A stretch of 64,000 bases of DNA. It comes from Nitrospirota bacterium (GTDB lineage Bacteria > Nitrospirota > UBA9217). A model generated the notes under the pieces. The model was not told the DNA's origin. It did not search any database and saw only the letters and a list, made by a program, of their open reading frames with translations. Made by a program: the position numbers and the translations under genes. The stretch covers positions 160,001-224,000 of the forward strand of contig CAVUCU010000004.1 in NCBI GenBank assembly GCA_963740085.1. The letters are read 5' to 3'. This document shows, piece by piece, positions 36,378 to 47,378 of the stretch (positions within the stretch are counted from its first letter, which is position 1; each line of letters begins with the position of its first letter).

Positions 36378-38582
36378 ATGTCTGACCATCCTCTCTATAT
36401 AGCCTTCGTCTGGCACATGCACCAGCCTTACTATAAGGACGACAACACAGGTTCCTATATCCTGCCCTGGGTGCGATTGCACGGAATCAAGGACTACTAC
36501 GACATGCCGGCCCTTCTGAACGATTTCCCCGATATTCACCAGACGTTCAATCTTGTTCCTTCCCTGCTCAAGCAGATTCAGGACTATGTGGAGAATAATG
36601 CCCGGGACAAGTCTCTTAGCCTGACGCTCAAGCCGGCCTCGGAACTTGATCAAGACGATAAAATGTATCTGCTGAGGAACTTTTTCATGGCAAACTGGGA
36701 CACCATGATCAGGCCTTATCCCGCCTACTGGCAGCTGCTCGACCGCAGGGGCTACAGTGTTTCACCGAATGACCTAATAAACGCTACTCGCTACTACACC
36801 ACCCGGGACTATCTCGATCTCCAGGTCTGGTTCAATCTCACCTGGTTCGATCCGCTTTTTATTAACAAAGACCCGTTCCTCAAGGGGTTGGTGAAGAAGG
36901 GATCGGGCTTCACCGAGAATGAGAAGGCGCTTCTCATCCAGAAGCAGCATGAGGTCATGGCGCTCATCATCCCCGAGTACAGGCGGCTCGCCGGGATCGG
37001 CAGGATAGAGCTTACGACCACACCCTTTTATCACCCGATCCTGCCGCTCCTCTACGACACTGATCTTGCGAAGGCCGCAATTCCCGATATTCATCTCCCG
37101 GTCAACCGTTTTTCGCATCCTGAGGACGCCAAGGTCCAGATCGACAGGGCGATGGCCTACCACGAGAAGCTCTTCGGTTCAAGGCCCAGGGGCATGTGGC
37201 CTTCCGAGGGCGCGGTGGCCGAGGAAATCGTGCCGCTCCTTGCCGACGCAGGGATCCAGTGGATCGGCACGGACGAGGGAGTGCTTGCCCGTTCGCTCGG
37301 CATCCACATCGATCGCGATTTCGACGGCGTCATGAAAAATCCAGAGGTGCTTTACAAACCCTACCGTGTGGGCAAAGGCGATAAACGCCTTTCCATCGTG
37401 TTTCGGGACCACACCCTCTCCGACCTTATTGGTTTTGTGTATTCCAAATGGGACACCAAGAACGCTGTTCATGATCTGGTCGATCGCCTGCATCGCGTGC
37501 GACGCGGACTTTCTGACGGGCCACACCTGGTCTCGATCATTCTGGACGGCGAGAACGCATGGGAATATTACCAGAATGACGGCAGGGATTTCTTCCTCAG
37601 GCTCTATGAACGGCTCAGCGGCGAGCAGGGTCTCCGGTGCGTGACTGTCGGAGAATACCTCAAGTTGAATCCCGCACAGACGAACATTGAACATCTCCAT
37701 GCAGGCTCGTGGATCAATGCGAATTATCGCATCTGGATCGGTCACGAGGAGGACAACCGGGCATGGGACCTCCTCACGCAAACGCGTGAGGCGCTGACGG
37801 AGTATGCGTCCCGGGACGGCGATGCGGACAGGATCTCGAGGGCATGGGAGGAGATCTACATCGCTGAAGGGAGCGACTGGTGCTGGTGGTACGGCGACGA
37901 CCACTTCTCCGAGAACGATGAGGAGTTTGACCTTCTCTATAGAACACATTTAATGAACGTTTACCGCATCCTCGGCCTTGATGTACCCGACGAACTTCAG
38001 ATATCGATCCTTCGCGAGGACAGGCAGGCGCTGCCGACGGTGGAGCTTACAGCATTTATCACGCCGACCATCGACGGCCAGATCACGAATTACTTTGAAT
38101 GGCTGCCCGCGGGTTTCTATGATGTGAGCCAGGGAGGAGGGGCCATGCACCGCGGTGCGTCCATTATTACGCACATCTACTACGGCTTCGACCTCAAAAA
38201 CATGTTCATACGCCTCGACCCGAGCGGAGATCTCAGGGAAGAAAAGGTCGCCGATCTGGCGTTCTTCGTCAATTTTCTGGATCCCAAGGGCTTTGACGTG
38301 GAAATGCGTGTTGTTCCGCACGATCGACGGGTCAGCGCAGCGCTTTCCCGCGGTCAGAGCGGCGCCCGGCGCCAGATCGCCGTGATACACACCGTTGCCG
38401 CGAACGAGATCATTGAACTCGCCGTGCCCTTCGACCTGCTCGGTGTAAAGCCGAACGATGAGATACATTTTTTTGTCACGGTTGAGCGCTCGGGTTCGGA
38501 GGTGGAAAAGTGGCCTTCCCGCGGGTATATCCAGTTCAAGGTACCGACCGACGATTTCGAGGCGACGATGTGGCAGGTGTAG
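36378..38582 (+). CDS. glycoside hydrolase family 57 (amylopullulanase-like)
   Basis: WHMHQPYY, HPILPL, GMWPSE, LDGENAWE, AEGSDWCWW. Confidence 0.94.
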   Translation: MSDHPLYIAFVWHMHQPYYKDDNTGSYILPWVRLHGIKDYYDMPALLNDFPDIHQTFNLVPSLLKQIQDYVENNARDKSLSLTLKPASELDQDDKMYLLRNFFMANWDTMIRPYPAYWQLLDRRGYSVSPNDLINATRYYTTRDYLDLQVWFNLTWFDPLFINKDPFLKGLVKKGSGFTENEKALLIQKQHEVMALIIPEYRRLAGIGRIELTTTPFYHPILPLLYDTDLAKAAIPDIHLPVNRFSHPEDAKVQIDRAMAYHEKLFGSRPRGMWPSEGAVAEEIVPLLADAGIQWIGTDEGVLARSLGIHIDRDFDGVMKNPEVLYKPYRVGKGDKRLSIVFRDHTLSDLIGFVYSKWDTKNAVHDLVDRLHRVRRGLSDGPHLVSIILDGENAWEYYQNDGRDFFLRLYERLSGEQGLRCVTVGEYLKLNPAQTNIEHLHAGSWINANYRIWIGHEEDNRAWDLLTQTREALTEYASRDGDADRISRAWEEIYIAEGSDWCWWYGDDHFSENDEEFDLLYRTHLMNVYRILGLDVPDELQISILREDRQALPTVELTAFITPTIDGQITNYFEWLPAGFYDVSQGGGAMHRGASIITHIYYGFDLKNMFIRLDPSGDLREEKVADLAFFVNFLDPKGFDVEMRVVPHDRRVSAALSRGQSGARRQIAVIHTVAANEIIELAVPFDLLGVKPNDEIHFFVTVERSGSEVEKWPSRGYIQFKVPTDDFEATMWQV

Positions 38583-38854
38583 TCGTCAGGAACGGCACGG
38601 GGATCGCACAAGACAAACGCAGCATTTGAACCTGTTACGCGCTTGCCCCTCAACCCCGCGTCACTGGTCAGGAACAGTCCTCATCCTTTCCCGTGAGGAG
38701 AGGCGGGTCCCGCAGGAATTCGCGGGAACACGGGCCCGACCTTTCAATGATGACCTTTCCCTCTGCAATGGAATGCCAACAGGAACGGGCTCCCGTCACC
38801 GTAATCCGTTTTAATAATTGACTTCCACCACTCACCTTGTTAATATACGCATTA

Positions 38855-39781
38855 ATGTTAGGAGTTTTTGCGAGAAAGCCCCGGCTGGGGATCGAGATAA
38901 CTGCCACGGCGGTGAGGGTTGCGGTGTTATCGGGTTTCGGTGCGAACCTTTCCGTATTGTTTACGAAGACGGTTGATGTCCCTGACGGGGTGGTGAGCGA
39001 GGCTTACGCATCACTGAACGTTGTCGACCGGTCACGTTTGAGCGCCGTGCTGCAGGAGGGACTGAACGGTGTGCCGGCAGGCATCCGCCGGGCCGGCTTG
39101 AGCCTTCCTGACAGTGTGTTCCGCGTACAGATGATCGAATTCGATGAGCTTCCGGGAAAGGACGAGGACCGGCAACGGCTGATCCACTGGCGGCTCGAGA
39201 AGGGGGCCGCCTTTGATATTGCCGATACGGTCCTCCGGTATCAGGTACGCGGACGGCAGGACAACGGGTTCACCGTACTGTCCTGTGTTGCCAAGCAGTC
39301 CGTGATCGCGCAGTATGAGACGCTCTTTACCGAACTGGGACTTGAGCCATGGGCCATTGGTCCTTCGTCATTTTATACCTTCAGCTTTTATTCTTCGTAT
39401 CTCGCGAAAAAATCCGCAGTCTCGGCACTGACTCACCTTTCCAAGGATTCCTTTGCTACGATCATTATGGAACATGGCGGGGTGAGGTTTTACCGTTACA
39501 AGGACGTGAAGCGGACCAGCACGGAGGATATCCGCGATAAACTCATGCGGGAGATCGACGATTCGCTCCATTTCTATGCCCATATGGACCGCTTGCAGCA
39601 GTCCGAGGTCAAGGACCTCTATCTCACCGGTGAGTCCGATGTGTCCGCTGATCTGGTCGGAGCTCTCAGGACCGTGATGTCGCTCAACGTGGAGGTGCTT
39701 TCGCCCGCAGATTCCGCCCTGCCCGGTGTAAACATCGGACCGGAGATGACCGCAGCGTTGGGCGCCGGGAGCGCTCCATGA
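38855..39781 (+). CDS. PilM/GspL-like actin-fold assembly protein
   Basis: LGIEI N-terminus, LSLPD, LYLTG; first gene of a PilMNO-secretin operon; TTGACT-N17-TAATAT directly upstream. Confidence 0.75.
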   Translation: MLGVFARKPRLGIEITATAVRVAVLSGFGANLSVLFTKTVDVPDGVVSEAYASLNVVDRSRLSAVLQEGLNGVPAGIRRAGLSLPDSVFRVQMIEFDELPGKDEDRQRLIHWRLEKGAAFDIADTVLRYQVRGRQDNGFTVLSCVAKQSVIAQYETLFTELGLEPWAIGPSSFYTFSFYSSYLAKKSAVSALTHLSKDSFATIIMEHGGVRFYRYKDVKRTSTEDIRDKLMREIDDSLHFYAHMDRLQQSEVKDLYLTGESDVSADLVGALRTVMSLNVEVLSPADSALPGVNIGPEMTAALGAGSAP

Positions 39782-40323
39782 TCACGATCAACTTTGCGAG
39801 CAGGAATTACCGGCTTATCGAGCGGATCCGTTTCGGGCTGACCGTGGGGAGCATCCTCCTGATCGCGATAACGGTTGGAATGCTCTGGCTCTGCCTCTCC
39901 CTTCGCGCGAACATTTCTTCCATGGATAGAAAACTGGAGGAGCTTAAGGCGGCGGACGAACGGTTGCGGCCCGCGCTATTGGAGCGCGAACGGCTCGTAA
40001 AGGACCTGTCCGCCATGTCCGGCCTCATGGACGCGAGAAAAATTTCATGGACACGACTCCTGACGAGCGTTGAGGCTTCCGTGCCGGTGGGTGTTGCGCT
40101 CAAGCACGTGGAATTCGAGCCCAAGGACTCCACCCTGACACTGAACGGCAAGGCGCGGTCCCCTGAGTCGCTGCGCAATCTGGTTGTGGCGATGGAAAAG
40201 TCCTCGTCGTTCAAAGATCCATTTCTCAAACACCAGTCTCTGGAAAAGGGGAATATCTCATTCAATGTGGTTGCCGTCTATCGGGAAGACAGAAGTCGCG
40301 CCGTGGCTCAGGGAAAACGGTAA
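39778..40323 (+). CDS. PilN-like protein
   Basis: ITINFA N-terminus, TM helix, coiled coil, SWTRLL...LTLNG. Confidence 0.8.
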   Translation: MITINFASRNYRLIERIRFGLTVGSILLIAITVGMLWLCLSLRANISSMDRKLEELKAADERLRPALLERERLVKDLSAMSGLMDARKISWTRLLTSVEASVPVGVALKHVEFEPKDSTLTLNGKARSPESLRNLVVAMEKSSSFKDPFLKHQSLEKGNISFNVVAVYREDRSRAVAQGKR

Positions 40324-40810
40324 GCAGCTAAGGACGTATGCGGTCGTATTCGCTGTCCTTGCCTGCATCAACCTGGCGCTGTATTTTTTTCTCATTGCTC
40401 CTTCTTCAGCCCGGCTGAAGGCAGGGGAGGGAAAGTTTGCCGAACTCAGGATGCGGCATGCCTCCGCCGTGTTGTTCAATGATCAGAAACCGCTGTTTGC
40501 CGATCTCCTGAACGGGATACCGGCGCAAAAAGACATGCCTCTGCTCGTAAAGGAACTTGAGCAGAAGGCGAAGAGACTGAACCTGGCCGTGGCCGCGGTC
40601 AATTACGACATCCCGCGGCGTGAGAGCGGGGAACTCGCCATGCTGTCATTTTCATTTCCCGTTGAGGGCAGGTATCCTGACATCAAACGATTCATCTACG
40701 AGGTGGAGACTTCCGGCCGGCTCATCGGGATACAGGACGTGGACCTGGCGTCGGACAAGGGAAGGATAAAGCTGCAGATGAAACTGATGACGTATGTGAG
40801 AGGGAACTAA
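40265..40810 (+). CDS. PilO/GspM-like protein
   Basis: TM helix plus VEGRYPDIKRFIYEVE; start uncertain. Confidence 0.78.
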   Translation: MWLPSIGKTEVAPWLRENGKQLRTYAVVFAVLACINLALYFFLIAPSSARLKAGEGKFAELRMRHASAVLFNDQKPLFADLLNGIPAQKDMPLLVKELEQKAKRLNLAVAAVNYDIPRRESGELAMLSFSFPVEGRYPDIKRFIYEVETSGRLIGIQDVDLASDKGRIKLQMKLMTYVRGN

Positions 40811-40820
40811 GGCGTATCCG

Positions 40821-41453
40821 ATGAAGCTCACAAAGGCTCAGCAACAGATAGTCCTTGCCGCGCTGATTGCGCTGCTCGTGCTCATCAACGGATACTCTTA
40901 TCTGGCCGGACAGAAGCCGAAGACCGTGCCGCTCACGTACACGCGCGGGGCTACGGCCGTCTCCCCGGTCCGGCAGGGGACGTCTTCCCGGGTGGCAGGC
41001 GCGGACCCCTTGAACATCTTTCTGGAGCGGCGAAGGGAAAAATTCCCGGGTGTGGTCCGCTATATTTTCCAGATGCAGAACCCGGCCCCCAAACCGGTGG
41101 CGTCTCATAAAAAGGCGCCTCCGGTGCACGTGAAAACGCCGGAAGAGCTTGCCGCCGAGGCGGCCCAGGCGGCCGCACAGGCGGCCAGGGCTGCTGCTGA
41201 GGCGGCGGCCCAGGCGGCCCGGGCGGACCTGATGAAGTTCCAGTTGGTCGGATATCTGACCGAGAAGGAGAGCACGCTCTTCCTGTCCAAGGAGGGAGAG
41301 CTGTTCATCGTGAAGAAAGGGAGCAAGCTTCTCAAGAGCTATAAGGTCAAGGAGACGGGCAAGAATTTCGTGATCCTGCTCGACACCATTACCGGCGTCG
41401 AGGTGCAGTTGGAACTTCCGGGCGGAGAGATGCAGCCTCAACAGAACCGCTGA
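40821..41453 (+). CDS. PilP/GspC-position membrane-anchored protein with Ala-rich linker
   Basis: Position between PilO-like and secretin genes; N-terminal TM helix; C-terminal beta domain. Confidence 0.6.
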   Translation: MKLTKAQQQIVLAALIALLVLINGYSYLAGQKPKTVPLTYTRGATAVSPVRQGTSSRVAGADPLNIFLERRREKFPGVVRYIFQMQNPAPKPVASHKKAPPVHVKTPEELAAEAAQAAAQAARAAAEAAAQAARADLMKFQLVGYLTEKESTLFLSKEGELFIVKKGSKLLKSYKVKETGKNFVILLDTITGVEVQLELPGGEMQPQQNR

Positions 41454-41582
41454 CACCGAAGAGGGATCATTCATTTCCTGTCTTCCCCGTGCATTTTTGC
41501 TCTCCGTTTTTCCCTACTAATAGGTGATGTGTCGGTTACGGTGTATCCCGTTCGGGGCAACCCGTGTGAGGTGAGGAGGAGG

Positions 41583-43943
41583 ATGATGAAAAGGATTGTA
41601 CTGTTGCTTATGACCGTTTTTCTGTCAGCGACGTTCATGAGTTGCGCCGGCTCTCAGGCGTTCCAGCGTGGCGAGCGTTATGCTCACAGCGACGAGTGGG
41701 ACCTCGCAGTAAAGGAATACCGGGAGGCCAACCATCGGAATCCACGAGACATCGAATACCGCTCAGCCCTGCTCAGGGCAGAGGAGACGGCCGCGAACCA
41801 TCACTACAAAAAGGCGCGCAGTTTCGTGAAGGAGCGAAAGCTTGACCAGGCGATAACCGAGCTCCAGCAGGCCATCTACCTGAACCCGACCAATGTCGCT
41901 ATTCAGAGCGCACTCAGGTCCGTCCTCGATATGAAACAGGCGGAAGAGCACTACCGCGCATCGCTTACCTTCACCGAGCTGGGGCGGCTTGGAGAAGCCG
42001 TGAATGAACTGAACCAGGCGGTGGAACTCGATCCTGATAACATGAAATACCATGATTCCCTCGAGAAGCTCCGGAAAGAGAAGACCGAGGTAGAGCCCGA
42101 AGAAGCTCTCACCCTTGCTTCGGAAAAACCCATTTCGCTGAACTTCAAGAACACGAACATTAAAGATGTCTTCGAGTTCCTGTCCAAGCTGTCTGGCATC
42201 AACATCCTGTTCGATGACGAAGTGAAGGCCCAGCCGGTGACGGTTTTCGTCAAGGACGTGTCGTTCCAGTATGCCCTGAACCTGCTGCTCTCGACGAACA
42301 AGCTCTTCATGAAGAAGGTCAGCGCTGACACTATCATTATCATCCCCAAGAACAAGGCAAAGTCCGACCAGTATGAGGACCTTATGGTCAGGACCTTCTA
42401 CATCAACAACGCAAAGGCGAAAGAGATCGTCAACCTGCTCCGGACCATGCTCGACATTAAAAAAGTGTATGTGAACGAGGTGCTGAATGCGCTTACGGTT
42501 CGCGATACCCCTGAAAAGCTGAAACTCGTGGAAAAGGTGATCGCCGCGAACGACCTCAAGGAGGCGGAGATCATTCTTGACGTCGAGATCCTTGAGATCT
42601 CACGGACCAATGCGCTGAAATACGGGTGGAACTTCACACCCGGCGGCCTTTCCGCCACCGCAGCGGTCCAGAGCACAGCGCCCACGACTGCCGGCAACAG
42701 CGGCGGCATAGCGCTGAGCGAGCTCAGGAACCTGACAAAGGATAACATCTTCGTAACGCTTCCCGGCCTGGTCGTGAACCTGATCAAACAGGATTCCGAT
42801 GCCCAGACCCTTGCGAACCCGCGGGTGCGCGTGTTAAATAATAAAAAAGCTACGTTCCATGTCGGTGAGAGGATACCGATACAGACCTCCATCGCGCAGA
42901 CATCAGCCGTGGTGGGGTATCTGCCGACGTCGACCTTCGATTACAAGGATGTGGGCATCAAACTCAACATCGAACCGACGGTCCATCTCAACAATACGGT
43001 TACGCTTAATTTGAAGCTGGAGATCAGCACGCTCGGAGACGCCTTGAATTTCGGCAATGGACAGGTACAGTACAAGTTCGGCACCCGGACAACAGAGACG
43101 ATCATCAATCTGAGGGACGGCGAGACCGTGATCATCGGGGGGCTCATCAAGGACGAGGAGCGAAAGAGCAGGTTTAAGATCCCGATCCTCGGAGACATTC
43201 CGCTCCTGGGCAAACTCTTCGCCTCGGCGGACGACGGTACGATCAAGACAGACATCCTCATGTCCATTACGCCGAACATCGTTCGCGGTATGGAACTTCC
43301 GGACAAGGATTCCCAGGCATTCTGGTCGGGAACAGAACGCGACTATGATACGAAACCGCTCTTCGTCAGTGATGGCAAGAGCTCCAAACGATCGGCCAAG
43401 TCGCTCGATAAAGCGGCGGTGCTCGATTCCCTGGCAAAGAGGGAAGCGGTTGCGCCACCGCCATCCGGCGAGACGGCCAAGCCGGTTTCAGCGCCATCCG
43501 CGACAACGGGCCAGCCTCTCACCACGTCCGCGGCCATTATAGAGATCAGGCCCACGGAGGCTTCGGTCAGCATCGGCCAGGAGACCCGGTTCGAATTGCT
43601 CGCAGGGAACATAAAAGATCTTTACGGGGCGATCGTAACGCTTACGTACGACCCCAAGGTCGTCGAGTTCAAGACGGCGAGCGAAGGTCCAATCCTTAAA
43701 AAAGACGGCCAGCAGACCTCGTTCCTGTTCTCAAACAACATAAAGGGAGGAACCGTTGACATCTACATGACCCGCATAGGTGATGTCGGCGGTGTTCAAG
43801 GCGCTGGAAGTCTGGGCACGCTTGTATTTCAGGCGAAAGCAGGAGGGACGACAGAACTGACGATGAAGGGCGTGAAATTGACGAATTTCAACCGGGAGCA
43901 GATCAAGACCGAGCTGAAAGGCGCAAAGGTGGTCGTGAAATAG
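41583..43943 (+). CDS. secretin (GspD/PilQ family) lipoprotein with N-terminal TPRs and a C-terminal cohesin-like domain
   Basis: Lipobox FMSC; LANPRVRV, DVGIKL, DGETVIIGGLI, KIPILGDIPLLGKLF, ITPNIV; C-terminal beta-sandwich. Confidence 0.92.
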   Translation: MMKRIVLLLMTVFLSATFMSCAGSQAFQRGERYAHSDEWDLAVKEYREANHRNPRDIEYRSALLRAEETAANHHYKKARSFVKERKLDQAITELQQAIYLNPTNVAIQSALRSVLDMKQAEEHYRASLTFTELGRLGEAVNELNQAVELDPDNMKYHDSLEKLRKEKTEVEPEEALTLASEKPISLNFKNTNIKDVFEFLSKLSGINILFDDEVKAQPVTVFVKDVSFQYALNLLLSTNKLFMKKVSADTIIIIPKNKAKSDQYEDLMVRTFYINNAKAKEIVNLLRTMLDIKKVYVNEVLNALTVRDTPEKLKLVEKVIAANDLKEAEIILDVEILEISRTNALKYGWNFTPGGLSATAAVQSTAPTTAGNSGGIALSELRNLTKDNIFVTLPGLVVNLIKQDSDAQTLANPRVRVLNNKKATFHVGERIPIQTSIAQTSAVVGYLPTSTFDYKDVGIKLNIEPTVHLNNTVTLNLKLEISTLGDALNFGNGQVQYKFGTRTTETIINLRDGETVIIGGLIKDEERKSRFKIPILGDIPLLGKLFASADDGTIKTDILMSITPNIVRGMELPDKDSQAFWSGTERDYDTKPLFVSDGKSSKRSAKSLDKAAVLDSLAKREAVAPPPSGETAKPVSAPSATTGQPLTTSAAIIEIRPTEASVSIGQETRFELLAGNIKDLYGAIVTLTYDPKVVEFKTASEGPILKKDGQQTSFLFSNNIKGGTVDIYMTRIGDVGGVQGAGSLGTLVFQAKAGGTTELTMKGVKLTNFNREQIKTELKGAKVVVK

Positions 43944-44058
43944 AGACAAGCATCGAGCACCGGATTACAAGCTCAGATACGTGTTCAATGACCCAGGTTC
44001 AAACAGCGGCCAAAACGCGCTCGAAGATTAATCATTGAGAGATTTGGGATTTCATGCC

Positions 44059-44550
44059 ATGCACAAGGGGATTACCCTTATTGAACTTCTCGTGGTCATC
44101 GTGATCGTCGGTATTCTCGCCTCGGCGGCAATGCCGTTTTCGCGTATGGCCATTAAGCGGACAAGAGAGATCGAGCTCAGACAAAATATCAGGGCCCTGC
44201 GCACGGCGATCGACGAATTCAAGAAGGACTGTGATACGAGGAAGCTTTCGGCGGTCGAAGGCTACTGCAAGCCCGAACAATTCAACTACCCGGAGTCCCT
44301 TGAGCAGTTGACGGAACCGCTGAGGTTGGCAGGCGCCGCTGACACGACCAAGAAATACCTTCGCAGGATACCCCGGGACCCCATGACCCCGCTCGAAGCA
44401 CCGGACAAACCGAACAACTGGGGGCTGCGCTCATACGGCGACGAGCCGGACTCCCGTGATTGGGGCGGCGGAAACGTGTATGACATCTATTCAAAGAGCG
44501 ATAAGGTGTCCCTGGACGGGATCGACATACAATACATGGTGATTATGTGA
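44059..44550 (+). CDS. GspG-like pseudopilin, +1 frameshift near the C-terminus (restored stop at 44540-44542)
   Basis: GITLIELLVV prepilin motif; YLRRIPRDPMT; the +1 frame gives ...DG-x-TYNTW*, matching the paralogue. Confidence 0.88.
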   Translation: MHKGITLIELLVVIVIVGILASAAMPFSRMAIKRTREIELRQNIRALRTAIDEFKKDCDTRKLSAVEGYCKPEQFNYPESLEQLTEPLRLAGAADTTKKYLRRIPRDPMTPLEAPDKPNNWGLRSYGDEPDSRDWGGGNVYDIYSKSDKVSLDGIDIQYMVIM

Positions 44551-45008
44551 GAAGAGAGATGACGGACGACAGAGGGAAGATTGCTGCAGAGAAAGGTTCA
44601 GACCGATCGGGGGGATTCACGCTCATAGAGCTCATGATCGTGGTTGCGATCATGGGGGTCCTTCTTTCCATTGCCGCGCCGAACCTCAAGCAAGCCGTTG
44701 TAAGGGCGCGGGAGGCCGTTCTCAGGGAGGATCTGTTCCAGATCAGAGAGGCTATTGATCAGTATTATGCCGACAACGACAGGTACCCCGCAGCGCTCAG
44801 CGACCTTGTCAACGCGCAGGAAAAGGCCAAGAGCTATCTGCGCGCCATACCCAAAGACCCCTTTACGACCGCCGAGGACTGGATCACCGTCACGCTGGAG
44901 GGCAGCGGGGACAGCAGCGGGGACAGCAGCGGGGAGTCCGGCATATTTGACGTACACAGCGCCAGCCCGCTCGTCGCATTGGACGGCACTGCGTACAATA
45001 CCTGGTGA
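44547..45008 (+). CDS. GspG-like pseudopilin
   Basis: GFTLIELMIV; YLRAIPKDPFT; ends ALDGTAYNTW; internal 12-nt repeat encoding GDSS x2. Confidence 0.9.
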   Translation: MRREMTDDRGKIAAEKGSDRSGGFTLIELMIVVAIMGVLLSIAAPNLKQAVVRAREAVLREDLFQIREAIDQYYADNDRYPAALSDLVNAQEKAKSYLRAIPKDPFTTAEDWITVTLEGSGDSSGDSSGESGIFDVHSASPLVALDGTAYNTW

Positions 45009-45141
45009 ATGTGCACCAGAGAGCAAAATCGCCGTTTCAATAAAGATCACCGATCTCCGCCCGGCGATGATACGAGCGTTACCATGGAGATGATACCCTT
45101 CCCGTTCTGGCTGCCATAACTCACCGTGATGATACATTAGG

Positions 45142-45170
45142 CCTTCCGTCTCTCGGAAGGACTTTTTTTT
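45142..45170 (+). terminator. intrinsic terminator
   Basis: CCTTCCG-TCTCT-CGGAAGG, then AC and T8. Confidence 0.75.
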
Positions 45171-45237
45171 GTTCATGCCTCTTCGTGTTTCTGAAAAAAA
45201 GCTTGCAACAGCTCAATAAAATCAGTAATATAACGAC

Positions 45238-45873
45238 GTGAAAAAATTAAGAGATTCCTTTAAAAAATATTTTATCACCGGTCTGCTTGTGATCATCCCG
45301 ATCTGGGCGACGTACTATGTGCTGTCCGGCATGCTCAGGATCATTGACAACATGCTCGGTGACCTGCCGGAGTATCTTTTGGGCCTGAAGTTCCCGGGCC
45401 TCGGGATAATCACCCTGATCCTCTTCGTGCTTCTGGTCGGCATCCTCTCCGCGAACTATATCGGCAAAAATGTGGTCCTCTACGGTGAAACACTCATGCA
45501 GCGGGTCCCGCTCGTGCGGGGTGTCTATTCCACGATGAAAAAGATCATGGGTACTTTTTCCATGAAGCATAATTTTCACGGTGTCGCGCTTGTCGAGTAC
45601 CCGCGCAAGGGTTGCTACAGCGTGGGGTTCATGACCGGCGACATACAGGGGGAGTCACTGGGGCTGGCAGGCAGGTTTATCACGGTCTTTGTCCCCACCA
45701 CTCCGAACCCCACGGCGGGATTTCTCCTTATTCTTCCCGAGGCAGAGGTCAGACGCCTCGACATGACCGTAGAACAGGGCATGAAATTCATCGTATCTGT
45801 CGGGCTTGTATCAATGAGCGATATTCAGGCCGGTAAACTGAAACACTCGGAGATCGGAGAGTCTCGATCATGA
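45238..45873 (+). CDS. DUF502 family membrane protein
   Basis: YFITGLLVIIP, LVEYPR, VFVPTTPNPTAG. Confidence 0.9.
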   Translation: MKKLRDSFKKYFITGLLVIIPIWATYYVLSGMLRIIDNMLGDLPEYLLGLKFPGLGIITLILFVLLVGILSANYIGKNVVLYGETLMQRVPLVRGVYSTMKKIMGTFSMKHNFHGVALVEYPRKGCYSVGFMTGDIQGESLGLAGRFITVFVPTTPNPTAGFLLILPEAEVRRLDMTVEQGMKFIVSVGLVSMSDIQAGKLKHSEIGESRS

Positions 45874-47277
45874 AGCCAACAGTAACAGTGGTCATTCTTG
45901 CCGCGGGACTGGGCACGCGTATGAAGTCCGATCTGGCAAAGGCGCTCCATCCGCTGGCAGGCCGTCCGCTCGTGCAGTATGTCCTGGAGGCCGCCGCGGG
46001 CGTGGGACCGGAAAAGATCGTGCTCGTGCTCGGACATCAGGCAGACAAGGTGCGGAGCGTGGTAGGAGGATTGCGCCTGGAGATCGTGCTTCAAGCCGAG
46101 CAGCTCGGCACCGGCCACGCCGTTCAACAGGCCGGGGAGGCGATTTCCAGGGGGACCGGGCCGGTCCTCGTTCTCTGCGCCGATACGCCGCTGGTCACCA
46201 CGAAAACGCTGCAGGACCTCATCGAACTTCATCGGAAGTCCCGTGCAGCGATGACATTCATCACGACGACGCTGGCCGACCCCTTTGGATACGGCAGGGT
46301 GGTGCGCGGAAAAACGGGGGTCATGCGCGTAGTCGAAGAAAAAGACGCCACCGCACCGCAGAAGAAAATTCAGGAAGTGAACGCGGGTATCTACTGCTTT
46401 GACCGGAAGTTCCTTCTTTCTTCACTCACGCTCCTCGGCAAGAACAATGCTCAAAAAGAGTACTATCTTCCCGACATCGTAGAACTTGCGAGAAAGAAAA
46501 AACTGCGCGTTTCGGCGTTTCGCTGTGGAGATCCGAATGAGATCATGGGCGTGAATTCCCGGTTCGATCTGAGCCAGGCCGAAGCGATCGTGAGACGACG
46601 GATCAACCGCCAATGGATGCTCGAAGGCGTTACCATGCCTGATCCGGAAACGGTCTTCGTCGGGAACGAGGTCCGTCTGGGGCGGGATGTTGTTCTCTAC
46701 CCCAACACAAGGATCGAGGGAACGACCAGGATCGGCCCGGCCTGTGTCATCTATCCGGGGTCGAGGATCGTTGACAGCGTGATCGCGGACAACGTGACCG
46801 TAAAGGACAGCTCGGTGATCGAGGAGAGCGATATCGCCGCTGGCGCAGTCGTGGGACCCTTCGCGCATTTACGTCCCGGTTCTAAGATCGGAGCGCGGGC
46901 CAAGATCGGGAACTTCGTTGAAGTGAAGAAATCGACCATCGGCGATGGAAGCAAGGCGAGCCACCTCTCGTATATCGGGGATACGACCGTGGGCCGGGAC
47001 GTGAACATCGGAGCAGGCGTGATCATTTGCAATTATGATGGATACGTCTAAATATCCCACGGTGATCGGGGACAACGTGTTCGTGGGCAGCGATTCTCAA
47101 CTTGTGGCGCCGGTCAACATCGGGCGCGGCGCGCTTATCGCCGCCGGCTCGACGATCACCCGAGACGTGCCGGCTGACGCGCTTGCCATCAGCCGCGTCC
47201 CTCAGGACACCCGGGAAGGGTTTGCGAGCCGAAGAAGACGATTGAAACAAAAAAGCAAAACAATAATTGAAAATTGA
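45870..47277 (+). CDS. glmU: bifunctional UDP-GlcNAc pyrophosphorylase/acetyltransferase, split by a +1 frameshift at about 47049
   Basis: [19 protein letters not shown], hexapeptide repeats, NYDG; the C-terminus ([15 protein letters not shown]) continues in ORF 47035..47277. Confidence 0.93.
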
Positions 47278-47356
47278 CGGATTGGAAATTGGAAAATGAA
47301 GGCATATAATTTATGGCTTTTCAATTTAAAATTTCGCAATTTGCAATTTTCAATTT
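47265..47356. repeat. heptamer-built palindrome (AATTGAA units ... TTCAATT units)
   Basis: About five left units and five inverted right units between glmU and glmS; contains the glmU stop. Confidence 0.75.
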
Positions 47357-47378
47357 GAAATGGAGCGTGAGCGAACTT

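Noticed and set aside
45066-45135. GATGATAC three times downstream of the pseudopilins
   Set aside because: Irregular spacing (23 and 39 nt) and short; no supporting structure.
47278-47378. glmS ribozyme
   Set aside because: The interval is an AT-rich heptamer palindrome without the ribozyme core.
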